The notes under the pieces were generated by a model. That model had not been told where the DNA came from and made no database searches. It saw nothing but the letters and a program-made list of their open reading frames with translations. Of a stretch of DNA of 64,000 nt, positions 9,422 through 18,231 are shown one piece after another. Origin of the DNA: Promethearchaeota archaeon. Lineage in GTDB: Archaea > Asgardarchaeota > Lokiarchaeia > Sigyniarchaeales > SOKP01. The stretch spans positions 1 to 64,000 of the forward strand of contig JAEOTR010000057.1 in NCBI GenBank assembly GCA_016839705.1, given 5' to 3'. The translations under genes were made by a program, and so were the position numbers. Position 1 is the stretch's first letter; each line of letters starts with the position of its first letter.

Positions 9422-9883
9422 ATGGATAGTCAAAAAACAGCGCCCCATAAGGAAAAAAAAGTAATAATTCCTTGGTTAGCACATCATAATCCAGAACGCG
9501 AAGAGTTTAGTGATCACGTGTTTTATATCTTTAACCATGCAATTTGCATAGGATGTTTTGCATTTATTTTAGGCACTACTGTTGCTTTAATATTAGGGAA
9601 TCTATTTTACAGTTATATTTATAATTTCTTCAGTTTGCCCATTATTCTTATGTTCTTCTTTATTTGTTGGATCCCCTCCATCCTCCAGTATTCAATTCAA
9701 ATTCTAAGAAAAAAACCATTTAAGAATCGAATAATAAAATTTCTTATTCGTTTCCTTTATCCACTTGGTAGTATTATTTTTATTTTTAAATCCCCATTAT
9801 TAGGCTTTGGGCTCGCAGTCCCTGCAGGATATTTTATACTTTATATTAGAAGGGTAAAAGAGAGGGTATTAGTTAAAAATTAA
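9422..9883 (+). CDS. Membrane protein, DUF2085-like
   Basis: HH...ICIGC motif followed by TM segments. Confidence 0.5.
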   Translation: MDSQKTAPHKEKKVIIPWLAHHNPEREEFSDHVFYIFNHAICIGCFAFILGTTVALILGNLFYSYIYNFFSLPIILMFFFICWIPSILQYSIQILRKKPFKNRIIKFLIRFLYPLGSIIFIFKSPLLGFGLAVPAGYFILYIRRVKERVLVKN

Positions 9884-9918
9884 ATTAATAATTTGAATCT
9901 AAATCTTATCCATTAACT

Positions 9919-9946
9919 AAGTGATAATAATTTTATAAGTATATTA
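9919..9946. promoter_or_regulatory. Repeated promoter/operator element, copy 2 (candidate NikR box overlapping TATA)
   Basis: AAGTGATAATAATTTTATAAGTATAT; contains TGATA-N15-TATTA. Confidence 0.55.
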
Positions 9947-10008
9947 TCTATTTAATTATATTAAGAATAATTAAAAAAAACTTAAGTATTCAATTTTAGG
10001 ACACAATT

Positions 10009-10743
10009 ATGAGTGAACTTCAAACTCTAAAATGCTATTTGAACCAATTACCCGCAACATTACTAAAAATATTAAATGTTGAGCCACCTTCGGGTGTCAT
10101 TCCAGAGGCAGTTCAACAACTCGTGGATTTATATCAAGGTGTTGAACGTATTAGCATAAATCTAATTGATAATCTAGGTCTCTTCGAAATCACGTATATG
10201 AAACCCTCCTTCTTGATTACGAACTCTGAAGTAATGCTTTTACTCAGTACGAGAAATCCATATACTTTAGGGGTTTTACATCAACTTATTTATGGTGGAT
10301 TCGAAAGGGAACCAAATGGTTTTCACCTTTTAAGATACTTAAATGATAATAAAAAGACTTCTTGCTTTATAGGTAGGAAAAAAGATATAGCACGTTATGA
10401 TGGAGGAACGAATTCTATTCCAAAAGATTCGGATATGAGTACGTGGGTTCAGAGTGCTCAAGTTATTAATACTCACGATTTTTCTTGGATGCACTATTTA
10501 GATTTTGAGAATTTACATAAGAAACAACAACAATTAAAACAAAGAACACCAGAAGATCTAATTGAGAAATTAATCAACAGAACTGATAAGTGGATCCTAA
10601 GTAATTATAAACAATTAAGGAAAAATTCTTTAATGATTATCATCGGAGATCATGGTAGAAGTAAATTAGATTTAGAATATTCCGGGAAAATAGCTCAGTG
10701 GAGAGAAGCAAGCGTACCGATTGCGATTTTCATAAGAAAATAA
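10009..10743 (+). CDS. Alkaline phosphatase superfamily protein (compact core)
   Basis: LIDNLG first metal Asp, DFENLH, and IIGDHG motif. Confidence 0.65.
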   Translation: MSELQTLKCYLNQLPATLLKILNVEPPSGVIPEAVQQLVDLYQGVERISINLIDNLGLFEITYMKPSFLITNSEVMLLLSTRNPYTLGVLHQLIYGGFEREPNGFHLLRYLNDNKKTSCFIGRKKDIARYDGGTNSIPKDSDMSTWVQSAQVINTHDFSWMHYLDFENLHKKQQQLKQRTPEDLIEKLINRTDKWILSNYKQLRKNSLMIIIGDHGRSKLDLEYSGKIAQWREASVPIAIFIRK

Positions 10744-10784
10744 CCTTAATTCTAAATAAGAAATTAATAAACATCCTGCTGAAA

Positions 10785-11318
10785 ATGGAGGAATATAAAC
10801 GATTTACAGTCTCTCTTCCTGAAAAATTGTATGAACAGTTTGAATTTTTTAGAAATAAACTGGGAATCTCACGATCAGATGCGATTAGGAAAGCAATGCA
10901 TACTCTTATGCTTAGTGAAGAAAACGTATCTATTAGTACTGGAGATGTAGTTGGCTGTATTACCACTATTATGACCCATGAACACCCAGATATAAATCAA
11001 GGGGATCATTCTCATGAGTTTTCTCATTCCGCTGATCATGATCATGATTATAGTTCTGGTTCAATGTATGCAAATGTTCATCAAACTGACGAATTATTGA
11101 AAACAGACATACAACATCATTTTCACGATATAATCATATCTACAATGCACGTTCACTTAGAATATGAAAAATGTTTAGAGATAATCGCAGTCACAGGCCC
11201 CTATACTCGTGTTAAAAAACTTAAAAATGATTTACAGAAATTAAAAAGTACTATTTCTATTGGATTTTTTATAATTGATAAGAAAACAAATCAAGAAGTT
11301 GAGAAGGAGAAAAAATAA
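10785..11318 (+). CDS. nikR: Nickel-responsive regulator NikR with His-rich insertion
   Basis: RHH N-terminus (RFTVSLP...SRSDAIRKA); Ni site QHHFHD...HVH...CLE; likely start ATG 10785. Confidence 0.9.
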   Translation: MEEYKRFTVSLPEKLYEQFEFFRNKLGISRSDAIRKAMHTLMLSEENVSISTGDVVGCITTIMTHEHPDINQGDHSHEFSHSADHDHDYSSGSMYANVHQTDELLKTDIQHHFHDIIISTMHVHLEYEKCLEIIAVTGPYTRVKKLKNDLQKLKSTISIGFFIIDKKTNQEVEKEKK

Positions 11319-11542
11319 GAATAATAGATTCCAAACCTCTTAGAAAGAGTCCAAGGTATAAGGCGATTTGGGAAGGAATTTTTATTCTTAATTTATTTTG
11401 GGTTGTGTGTGTTTAACGTTATTTTTATTATGAATAAACACAGTTTTAAATTCACAAACAGTACTAATTTAGTAATTTCTTATATTTTCGTAAAAGAATT
11501 AAAGATAAAAAAAAAACTTAGTTTAAGCTTTATTCAAGAATT

Positions 11543-11740
11543 CTACAAATCTTTTTCTTGTACTGTTTTTCTATTATTTGCTTTAGCCCTTCCGATTGCT
11601 TTGTCGAGAACTTCAATAATTGCATCATTAAGAGCTGGACCATCAATCAAATCTCCACTTGTGTTGCATCCTTTACCCTTAATATATTCTCGAACTTTAC
11701 TTTTTACAAAAAGAGCCTCTACAGCGCCTTTTTTAGCCAT
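11543..11740 (-). CDS. Histone-fold protein with truncated alpha3 (65 aa)
   Basis: SKVREYIK...LDKAIGRAKANNRKTVQEKDL; RKTVxxxD signature at the very C-terminus. Confidence 0.85.
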   Translation of the reverse strand: MAKKGAVEALFVKSKVREYIKGKGCNTSGDLIDGPALNDAIIEVLDKAIGRAKANNRKTVQEKDL

Positions 11741-12158
11741 TTTTTTATTCCTCCTATAATGATTTAAAATTGATTTAAATTAGATTATATATCAAATATA
11801 ATTCTATCTTTCTTATTTTTAAACTTTAAGGTTTAATTATCTTAAATGATGAATAAAAACCTTCTACTTGCAATTCTTGTGAAACTAAAATTGGGTGAAA
11901 TTAGGGGTTAGATTTATAATTACTCATAAGATTATGAATATTTTCTTAAATACAAATTTAAAATAATTGTATTTATTTTGAAATATAGATATAATAGATA
12001 GAAATAACTTTTCAAAATAAAAAATGGAGAATTAATCTAATTCTAAAAAATAATGGTACAAATCAATTTGATCAAAATTACTTAAATCGATAAAATCTTA
12101 TCTACAATAAAATATAAAAAGAAACTTAAATCAACAAATTATCAAAGTGTAGTAATCC

Positions 12159-13157
12159 TTGAGTAATACAACATTTTCAAGGGCACCAGTTCGGATTTGT
12201 GATATAGGTGGCTGGACTGATACTTGGTATTGTCCTGATGGTGCTGTTTTTAACATTTGTGTTGATCTTTTTAGTTACGTCAGAATTGTTCCCTCAAGTG
12301 GCAAAAAAATAACTATTATTTCAGAAAACCTTAATCTACAAACCATAATTGATGATTTGAATAACATACAATATGATGGAACTCTTGATTTGTTAAAATC
12401 TGCTGTAAAGAGAATGGGGATTAAAAAAGGATTGAATATTTATGTTAGAACAGAAGCACCTCCTGGTTGTGGAACTGGAACAAGTGCAAGTGTAGCTGTT
12501 GCTTTAATTGCAGCATTAGCAAAAATCTCAGACAAGAATCTAAAACCTGAAGAAATTGCTAGTTTGGCACATAAACTAGAAGTTGAAGAATTAGAATTAG
12601 AAAGTGGGGTTCAAGATCAATATGCAGCATCATTGGGAGGAATAAATTTCATGAAAATTTCATACCCTTCGGTTGAAATAACTCCTATCTCAATACCAGG
12701 TGAAAAAGTCTATGAATTAGAAAGCCAGATGCTATTAGTTTTTCTAAATTCTCGAAGTTCCAGTGAAATGCATAAAGCTGTAATTGGAAACTATAAAAAA
12801 GGTGATACATCAACACTTAAATCTTTTGAAATTATTAAAACGTGTGCTCGTGATATGGGAAAAGCTATTAAATCTGAAGATCTTACCTATATGGGAGATA
12901 TAATGAATAAGAATTGGAAAGCCCAAAAAAGTTTGCATTCTTTAATGACAAATCCGCTTATTGAAAAAGCGGAAAAAATCTCGATTAGGAATGGTGCAAT
13001 AGGCTTTAAATTAAACGGTGCAGGAGGGGGTGGTTCTGCTGCAATTTTAGCTGGTATCGGGAATGAATATAAATTAAAAAGAAAATTAATTGAAGGTGGC
13101 TATCAAATCCTTCCAACAAAACTAGATTTTTCAGGTGTTCAGACGTGGGTGGTTTAA
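12159..13157 (+). CDS. GHMP kinase, D-glycero-alpha-D-manno-heptose-7-phosphate kinase (HddA)-like
   Basis: RAPVRI..GGWTD, PPGCGTGTSAS, GVQDQYAA and GAGGGG motifs. Confidence 0.8.
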   Translation: MSNTTFSRAPVRICDIGGWTDTWYCPDGAVFNICVDLFSYVRIVPSSGKKITIISENLNLQTIIDDLNNIQYDGTLDLLKSAVKRMGIKKGLNIYVRTEAPPGCGTGTSASVAVALIAALAKISDKNLKPEEIASLAHKLEVEELELESGVQDQYAASLGGINFMKISYPSVEITPISIPGEKVYELESQMLLVFLNSRSSSEMHKAVIGNYKKGDTSTLKSFEIIKTCARDMGKAIKSEDLTYMGDIMNKNWKAQKSLHSLMTNPLIEKAEKISIRNGAIGFKLNGAGGGGSAAILAGIGNEYKLKRKLIEGGYQILPTKLDFSGVQTWVV

Positions 13158-13205
13158 TTTTGTTAAAAGTTTGTGCTTTTTATAGTTTATATATAAGATA
13201 TTAAT

Positions 13206-14003
13206 ATGATTATACAAGATCACACGACTTTTCCTTCTAAGGTAACAGAAGATACTAATAACTCATTAATCCATAATCTCTTTGTTTTTAACAAGTCAGG
13301 AGTGTGCTTTTTTGGGAGAAATTTTACAGATTATATCAATGTTGAGAAAAATTTGATTTCTCCATTCATAACGGCACTTATGACATTTGCTAAAGAAATG
13401 ATTGGAAAGCCTTTTAAAACAATCGAGATGGAAGATATTAAAATTGTCATCTTCGAAAAAAATTCATTATTTTACAGTATATTATGCGATACATTTGAAA
13501 ACTTAACATTCTTAGATGAAATCATATCCCAGATAAACGAGAAACTCACTGCTTATCTAATTAAGAATGATATAAATATTGAAGCTGAAATCATTTATGA
13601 TAGTAATTTAAATGAGACAATTGAAGAGATCATACGTAAGGCTCTAAGACCTGAGTTTGATTCGAAAAAAGAGAAAAAAGTTATAAAATTTTTAAAAGAA
13701 ATTAAGTCAAACGATGATATTGAAGGGATTACATTGTTGACGGACAGAGGAAAAGTAATATATTCTTCTTTTGGAAAAGTAGATTTAAGCACATTTTTAA
13801 AAGAAGTCGAATTTCGAGTAAAGATTTATGAAAATTCGATTTTAAAATTATTCTATACTCTTAAAGATAAGTTCATATTCTCTGAATATCTATTAAATAC
13901 TTTCTTTATCATTTTAGTTTTTAAATCTAAAATAAAATTTGGATTAGCTGAACATTATCTGACAGAAATTGTAAATAAAATTACAGATATTTTAACAGAT
14001 TAG
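13206..14003 (+). CDS. Longin-like + roadblock-like domain protein
   Basis: LFVFNKSGVCFF...LISPFITALMTFAKEM longin pattern; C-terminal IEGITLLTDRGKVIYS roadblock-like pattern. Confidence 0.65.
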   Translation: MIIQDHTTFPSKVTEDTNNSLIHNLFVFNKSGVCFFGRNFTDYINVEKNLISPFITALMTFAKEMIGKPFKTIEMEDIKIVIFEKNSLFYSILCDTFENLTFLDEIISQINEKLTAYLIKNDINIEAEIIYDSNLNETIEEIIRKALRPEFDSKKEKKVIKFLKEIKSNDDIEGITLLTDRGKVIYSSFGKVDLSTFLKEVEFRVKIYENSILKLFYTLKDKFIFSEYLLNTFFIILVFKSKIKFGLAEHYLTEIVNKITDILTD

Positions 14004-14171
14004 CTCTTTCCAAATTCACATTATTAATTTTAGATATAACTTTTTAAATTTTGATTACTTCCTTTCAGTTACGACCCCCAAATAAAACGATTTTAATTTA
14101 TGATTTATAACAACTAAGTTAAAAAATCTCTCTATATAGTTTTAAAATAAAATTTTTAATGTGAAGAAAAT

Positions 14172-14675
14172 ATGACAAAATCAGAAGAAAATTTAAAGGC
14201 GGCCTTTGCTGGCGAATCACAAGCAAATCGTAAATATTTAGCTTTTGCAAAGAAGGCTGATAAAGAAGGATTTCCTCAAGTAGCTAAAATTTTTAGGGCA
14301 GCAGCAGAAGCAGAAACTGTTCACGCTCATAATCATTTAAGGGAACTTGGTGGTATTAAATCTACTAAGGAAAACATTCAAGGTGCGATAGATGGGGAAC
14401 ATCATGAATTTACTAAAATGTATCCTGAATTCTTAGAGGATGCTAGGAAAGAAATCAATAAAGGTGCTGAAAGATCATTCAATCTCGCAAACGAAGTTGA
14501 AAAAATACACCATATACTATACACAAACGCCCTTAAAGCGGTCGAAAGTGGTAAGGATTTAAAAAAACAAGATGTTTACATATGTCCAGTATGTGGTTAT
14601 ACTCACGAAGGAGAACCACCTGAAAAATGCCCGGTCTGTGGGGCATTAAAAAAAGTATTTCAAGAAATTAAGTAA
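14172..14675 (+). CDS. rbr: Rubrerythrin
   Basis: AFAGESQANRKY, ETVH and EKIH diiron motifs, C-terminal CPVCGY...CPVCG. Confidence 0.95.
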   Translation: MTKSEENLKAAFAGESQANRKYLAFAKKADKEGFPQVAKIFRAAAEAETVHAHNHLRELGGIKSTKENIQGAIDGEHHEFTKMYPEFLEDARKEINKGAERSFNLANEVEKIHHILYTNALKAVESGKDLKKQDVYICPVCGYTHEGEPPEKCPVCGALKKVFQEIK

Positions 14676-14697
14676 CTTTTTTCCTTTTTTTTTTAAT

Positions 14698-16284
14698 TTA
14701 GATATCCCAAGGAGAGTAGCAGTCTTTTATTTTCAATAAATATTCATCAATCGAGAGATTTGTTTGTCCCTCGGCTTTTCTTAGTGCACTATAATTAGCC
14801 CCATTTTGGTAATATTTAATAAGTAAATCTGAGATTTCTTGATCTCCTAGAGAAATGATGGTTTGAACTCTAGCATCTGTTACTATTTTTTTAAAATTCT
14901 TAAACCTTAGTTTAACCGATCTTAAACTTTTTAATTCTCTTTCGATTACTTTATATTTTGAAATTAGATCATTTAATCCTTCCTTTAAGTAATAGGAAAC
15001 TTCCTTTTCGTAAGGTGTATTCAATTTGGGAATAAAAGGATTGACATTTACTCTTAACGAGGTATTTTCAAAACCTAATTGATCGATGGCCTTTATTAAA
15101 TTAACTATCTCTTTTATATCCTTTTCACTTTCATTAGGTAACCCAATTAAAAAATAAAACTTAACATTTCTTATCTTAGAATCGCGAATTTTGTATAAAA
15201 TTGAAATAATTTGATCATTAGAAATCATCTTTCCTAAGGAATATCGAAGATCATCTGATCCTGCTTCTGGGGCAATAGTTATCGTTTTTATATTAGCTGA
15301 TTCAAGAATCTTAATTAAATCGTCATTAATATGCTCAACTCGGATTGAAGGTATTGTTAATCGTTTTCCTTTTTTAATTATATATTCACATATTTGTTTG
15401 AATTTCGGATGAACCGAAACACAAGATCCTATTAGACTAATAGTGTCAAATTTAGAGTATTTTATTCCATCATCAATCGTTTCTACAATATTTTCGTATG
15501 ATCTATTTCTAAAAGGAGAATTATGAAAAGATGATATACAAAACTTGCATTGAAAGGGGCAACCCCGATTTATTTCAATAAAAAAATTAGTCTGAAATAT
15601 AGATTTTGCTTGTCCAGAATGGGATAATAACTGTGATATGGGTATTGGGGATTCATCAATATTTTTAAGAACTGCCCTGTTAACTTTATTATTGAGGGAA
15701 GGAACTAAAATACCCTCTATTTGTTTAACCTTTTCAAATAACTCTTGAAAACTATTTTTATTCTGTTTAAAATCCTGGAATAAATTGAAAAATAACTTTA
15801 AATTTGGTTCCGCATCCCCAATAAAGAGAAAATCAAATATATGGCTTAGAAGAATTGGATTAGAGGTAACCACAGGTCCACCTCCGATTATTATTGGATA
15901 GATTGTTTTTTCCTGAGAGGTTAATTTTTGGCGTTCTTGGCTTTTAATGGGGATATTTGCTTTTTCCAGAATCCATAAAATATTCTTAAAATCATTCTCA
16001 AAATGAAATGAGAATCCTAGAATATCAAAATCTCTTGGTAATACCTTATTTTCAAGGGACCGTAATACTGTTTCTGTTGAATAATCTTTAGATGCAGGAT
16101 ATTTTATCTTATTATCTGGTAGAAATATTCTTTCACATGCGATATTATCATTAGAATTTATTAAAGAATAAAGAAGTCTAATAGAATATGATGACATCCC
16201 AATATCGTAGATATTAGGATATATTAGTCCAAAAGAAATATCGATTGTACGCCAATCTTTAATGATAATATTTTCAGAATACAT
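14698..16284 (-). CDS. Radical SAM protein with B12-binding-like N-terminal domain
   Basis: YPNIY..GMS, IGGGP, IGDAE, RGCPFQCKFC, APEAGS and IGLPNE motifs. Confidence 0.85.
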   Translation of the reverse strand: MYSENIIIKDWRTIDISFGLIYPNIYDIGMSSYSIRLLYSLINSNDNIACERIFLPDNKIKYPASKDYSTETVLRSLENKVLPRDFDILGFSFHFENDFKNILWILEKANIPIKSQERQKLTSQEKTIYPIIIGGGPVVTSNPILLSHIFDFLFIGDAEPNLKLFFNLFQDFKQNKNSFQELFEKVKQIEGILVPSLNNKVNRAVLKNIDESPIPISQLLSHSGQAKSIFQTNFFIEINRGCPFQCKFCISSFHNSPFRNRSYENIVETIDDGIKYSKFDTISLIGSCVSVHPKFKQICEYIIKKGKRLTIPSIRVEHINDDLIKILESANIKTITIAPEAGSDDLRYSLGKMISNDQIISILYKIRDSKIRNVKFYFLIGLPNESEKDIKEIVNLIKAIDQLGFENTSLRVNVNPFIPKLNTPYEKEVSYYLKEGLNDLISKYKVIERELKSLRSVKLRFKNFKKIVTDARVQTIISLGDQEISDLLIKYYQNGANYSALRKAEGQTNLSIDEYLLKIKDCYSPWDI

Positions 16285-17091
16285 CTATTGATTAGATTCA
16301 ATCTCACGTTTGATTTTAATTCTTTTAATTTCTTCAACAATTAGAGGAAGCACAGTTCCCGTTTTATTATTAATCACTATCTCGGCTTTCTCGTCTAAAA
16401 ATGTAGGTTGATCGTTCACAATTATCAATTTACCCCCTCCCTTTAAAGTATAAACAGGTAAATCACAAATAGGTGCTACTGTTAATGATGATCCCGCAAT
16501 TAGCATAACTTCTGATTTTTTCGCTAAATCTATTGACATAAATTTTTCAAAATTTGGTAGATTCTCACCAAATAATACAACAGAAGGTCTTAAAGGAGCA
16601 GTACAATAATCACATTGAGGAGTTGATCCTTTTTCCTTTTTTAATTTATTTAAAATTTGTTGTTTAGTATAACTAGCACGACAACCTAAACAGGAAAATC
16701 GATTAATATTCCCGTGCACTTCATAAACGATAACAGCCCCCGCTTTTTGATGTAATTCATCTATATTTTGCGTTACGATAGCCTTTATTAATTTCATCTT
16801 TTCAAGTTCAGCCAAAGCTAAATGACCAGAATTTGGTAGTGCATTAAAAAGATTTGGAGCTATTTCTTCAGCCATCTTCCAAAATTTTGAAGGATCTTTT
16901 AGAAAAGATTGAATATTTCCATAGATTTCAGGTTTATATTTCTCCCAAATACCGTTTTCTCCTCGAAAATCAGGGATCCCTGATTCTGTTGAAATACCTG
17001 CTCCTGTTAAGACAATAGTATTTTTTGACTTTAGAAGAATCTTAGCCGCTTTTTTTATATTTACCCTCTCTAACGGTTTTAGTGTTTCCAT
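16285..17091 (-). CDS. cobB: NAD-dependent protein deacylase (Sir2 family)
   Basis: GAGISTESGIPDFRG, TQNIDELH, HG, two CxxC, RPSVVLFGE; stop abuts the radical SAM start. Confidence 0.93.
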   Translation of the reverse strand: METLKPLERVNIKKAAKILLKSKNTIVLTGAGISTESGIPDFRGENGIWEKYKPEIYGNIQSFLKDPSKFWKMAEEIAPNLFNALPNSGHLALAELEKMKLIKAIVTQNIDELHQKAGAVIVYEVHGNINRFSCLGCRASYTKQQILNKLKKEKGSTPQCDYCTAPLRPSVVLFGENLPNFEKFMSIDLAKKSEVMLIAGSSLTVAPICDLPVYTLKGGGKLIIVNDQPTFLDEKAEIVINNKTGTVLPLIVEEIKRIKIKREIESNQ

Positions 17092-17297
17092 CTGAAATAG
17101 AAATATCCTTATAGTTAATCTTTAATTTTTTAAGAGTTATATTGCTAATAAATTTTATATATATGATTTTGAAGTAAATAGACTTCAAATCTTGTTAAAT
17201 CTTTGTTTCTTGTAAATTAAAAAAAATTAAATGGTTTGATAGTTTTTACCCTATCAGTGTTTAGCAATTACCATTTTAATTTCTTAGAGTTTTTTCT

Positions 17298-18194
17298 ATG
17301 ATAACAGGTTTCACGATTATTTTAGAAGATGATATTCTTTATTGTTCAGATGAAATAAAATACAATTTATTTGAAGTTGTACTTTTCGTTGAGAAATTAA
17401 TGAGTAGTATAAATCCTAGATATACTTGGCGCTTGAAAACAATTTCTTTAAAAGATCAAAAAATTGGTAGAGAAGCAATAATAGTAAAGCATATCATCAC
17501 CTCAAAACAACAAAATTTATTTTTCTGTATTATAGGTAATTTCAATGTGAGTTCTCTCGAAACTCATAAAATTGTAAACGAATTCAGTAAACAGGTTAAT
17601 ATTCAATATAGAAATCTAGCTGAATTAAAATACGCCTCCGAGAACTCAACTTTTAAAGAAATTATGGATCTCATTGTAGATTATTTGAGGGATAAATATA
17701 TTGAACCTTTAGAAGAAGAAATCATATTTGATAAGAAAGGAAACGGTATTAAAAACTTGATAATTTATGCAGGAATATCTTCTCAAGGACTCCCTCTCGT
17801 TTCTCAACTTTGTGATGCAAATCTATTGATGAATTTAACCGTAGAGAAATCAAATGAAAATATCGAACTTTTTACATCAGATCTCTCAGCAAAATTAGAA
17901 ACAATAGCAATGAACACTCAAATAAGGGCAAAAACTAAAATCAAAGAAATTCATATCAATGATGCTGAAAAATCATCAAGTAAAATGATTATTTTATTTG
18001 GAAATATTAATGGGTATTCGTTGGATTTTATTGCATCTGGAAATTTCTATAAAATAAGGGATATTTTCAAGCAATTTAAAAACAAGATGTCTCAGGATAC
18101 TATTTTTGAAAGAGATTTTTCAGGAGATCTAAAACCCTATAAACATTTAAAGCACACGCTAAATGAAATCATCAAAGAATTTGATTATAATTAA
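17298..18194 (+). CDS. Hypothetical protein, possible longin-like plus roadblock/profilin-like domains
   Basis: N-terminal MITGFTIILEDDILY beta-beta-alpha pattern; second domain YAGISSQGLPLVS. Confidence 0.45.
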   Translation: MITGFTIILEDDILYCSDEIKYNLFEVVLFVEKLMSSINPRYTWRLKTISLKDQKIGREAIIVKHIITSKQQNLFFCIIGNFNVSSLETHKIVNEFSKQVNIQYRNLAELKYASENSTFKEIMDLIVDYLRDKYIEPLEEEIIFDKKGNGIKNLIIYAGISSQGLPLVSQLCDANLLMNLTVEKSNENIELFTSDLSAKLETIAMNTQIRAKTKIKEIHINDAEKSSSKMIILFGNINGYSLDFIASGNFYKIRDIFKQFKNKMSQDTIFERDFSGDLKPYKHLKHTLNEIIKEFDYN

Positions 18195-18231
18195 AAAATC
18201 AGTAATTAGTTGTTAAATTTTTAGTCTGAAT

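Noticed and set aside
11403-11767. Plus-strand ORFs 11403..11759 and 11558..11767
   Set aside because: Antisense shadows of the histone gene with no recognisable motifs.
11543-17091. Functional link between the histone and the sirtuin
   Set aside because: They are 4.5 kb apart with unrelated genes between; the sirtuin is coupled to the radical SAM gene instead.
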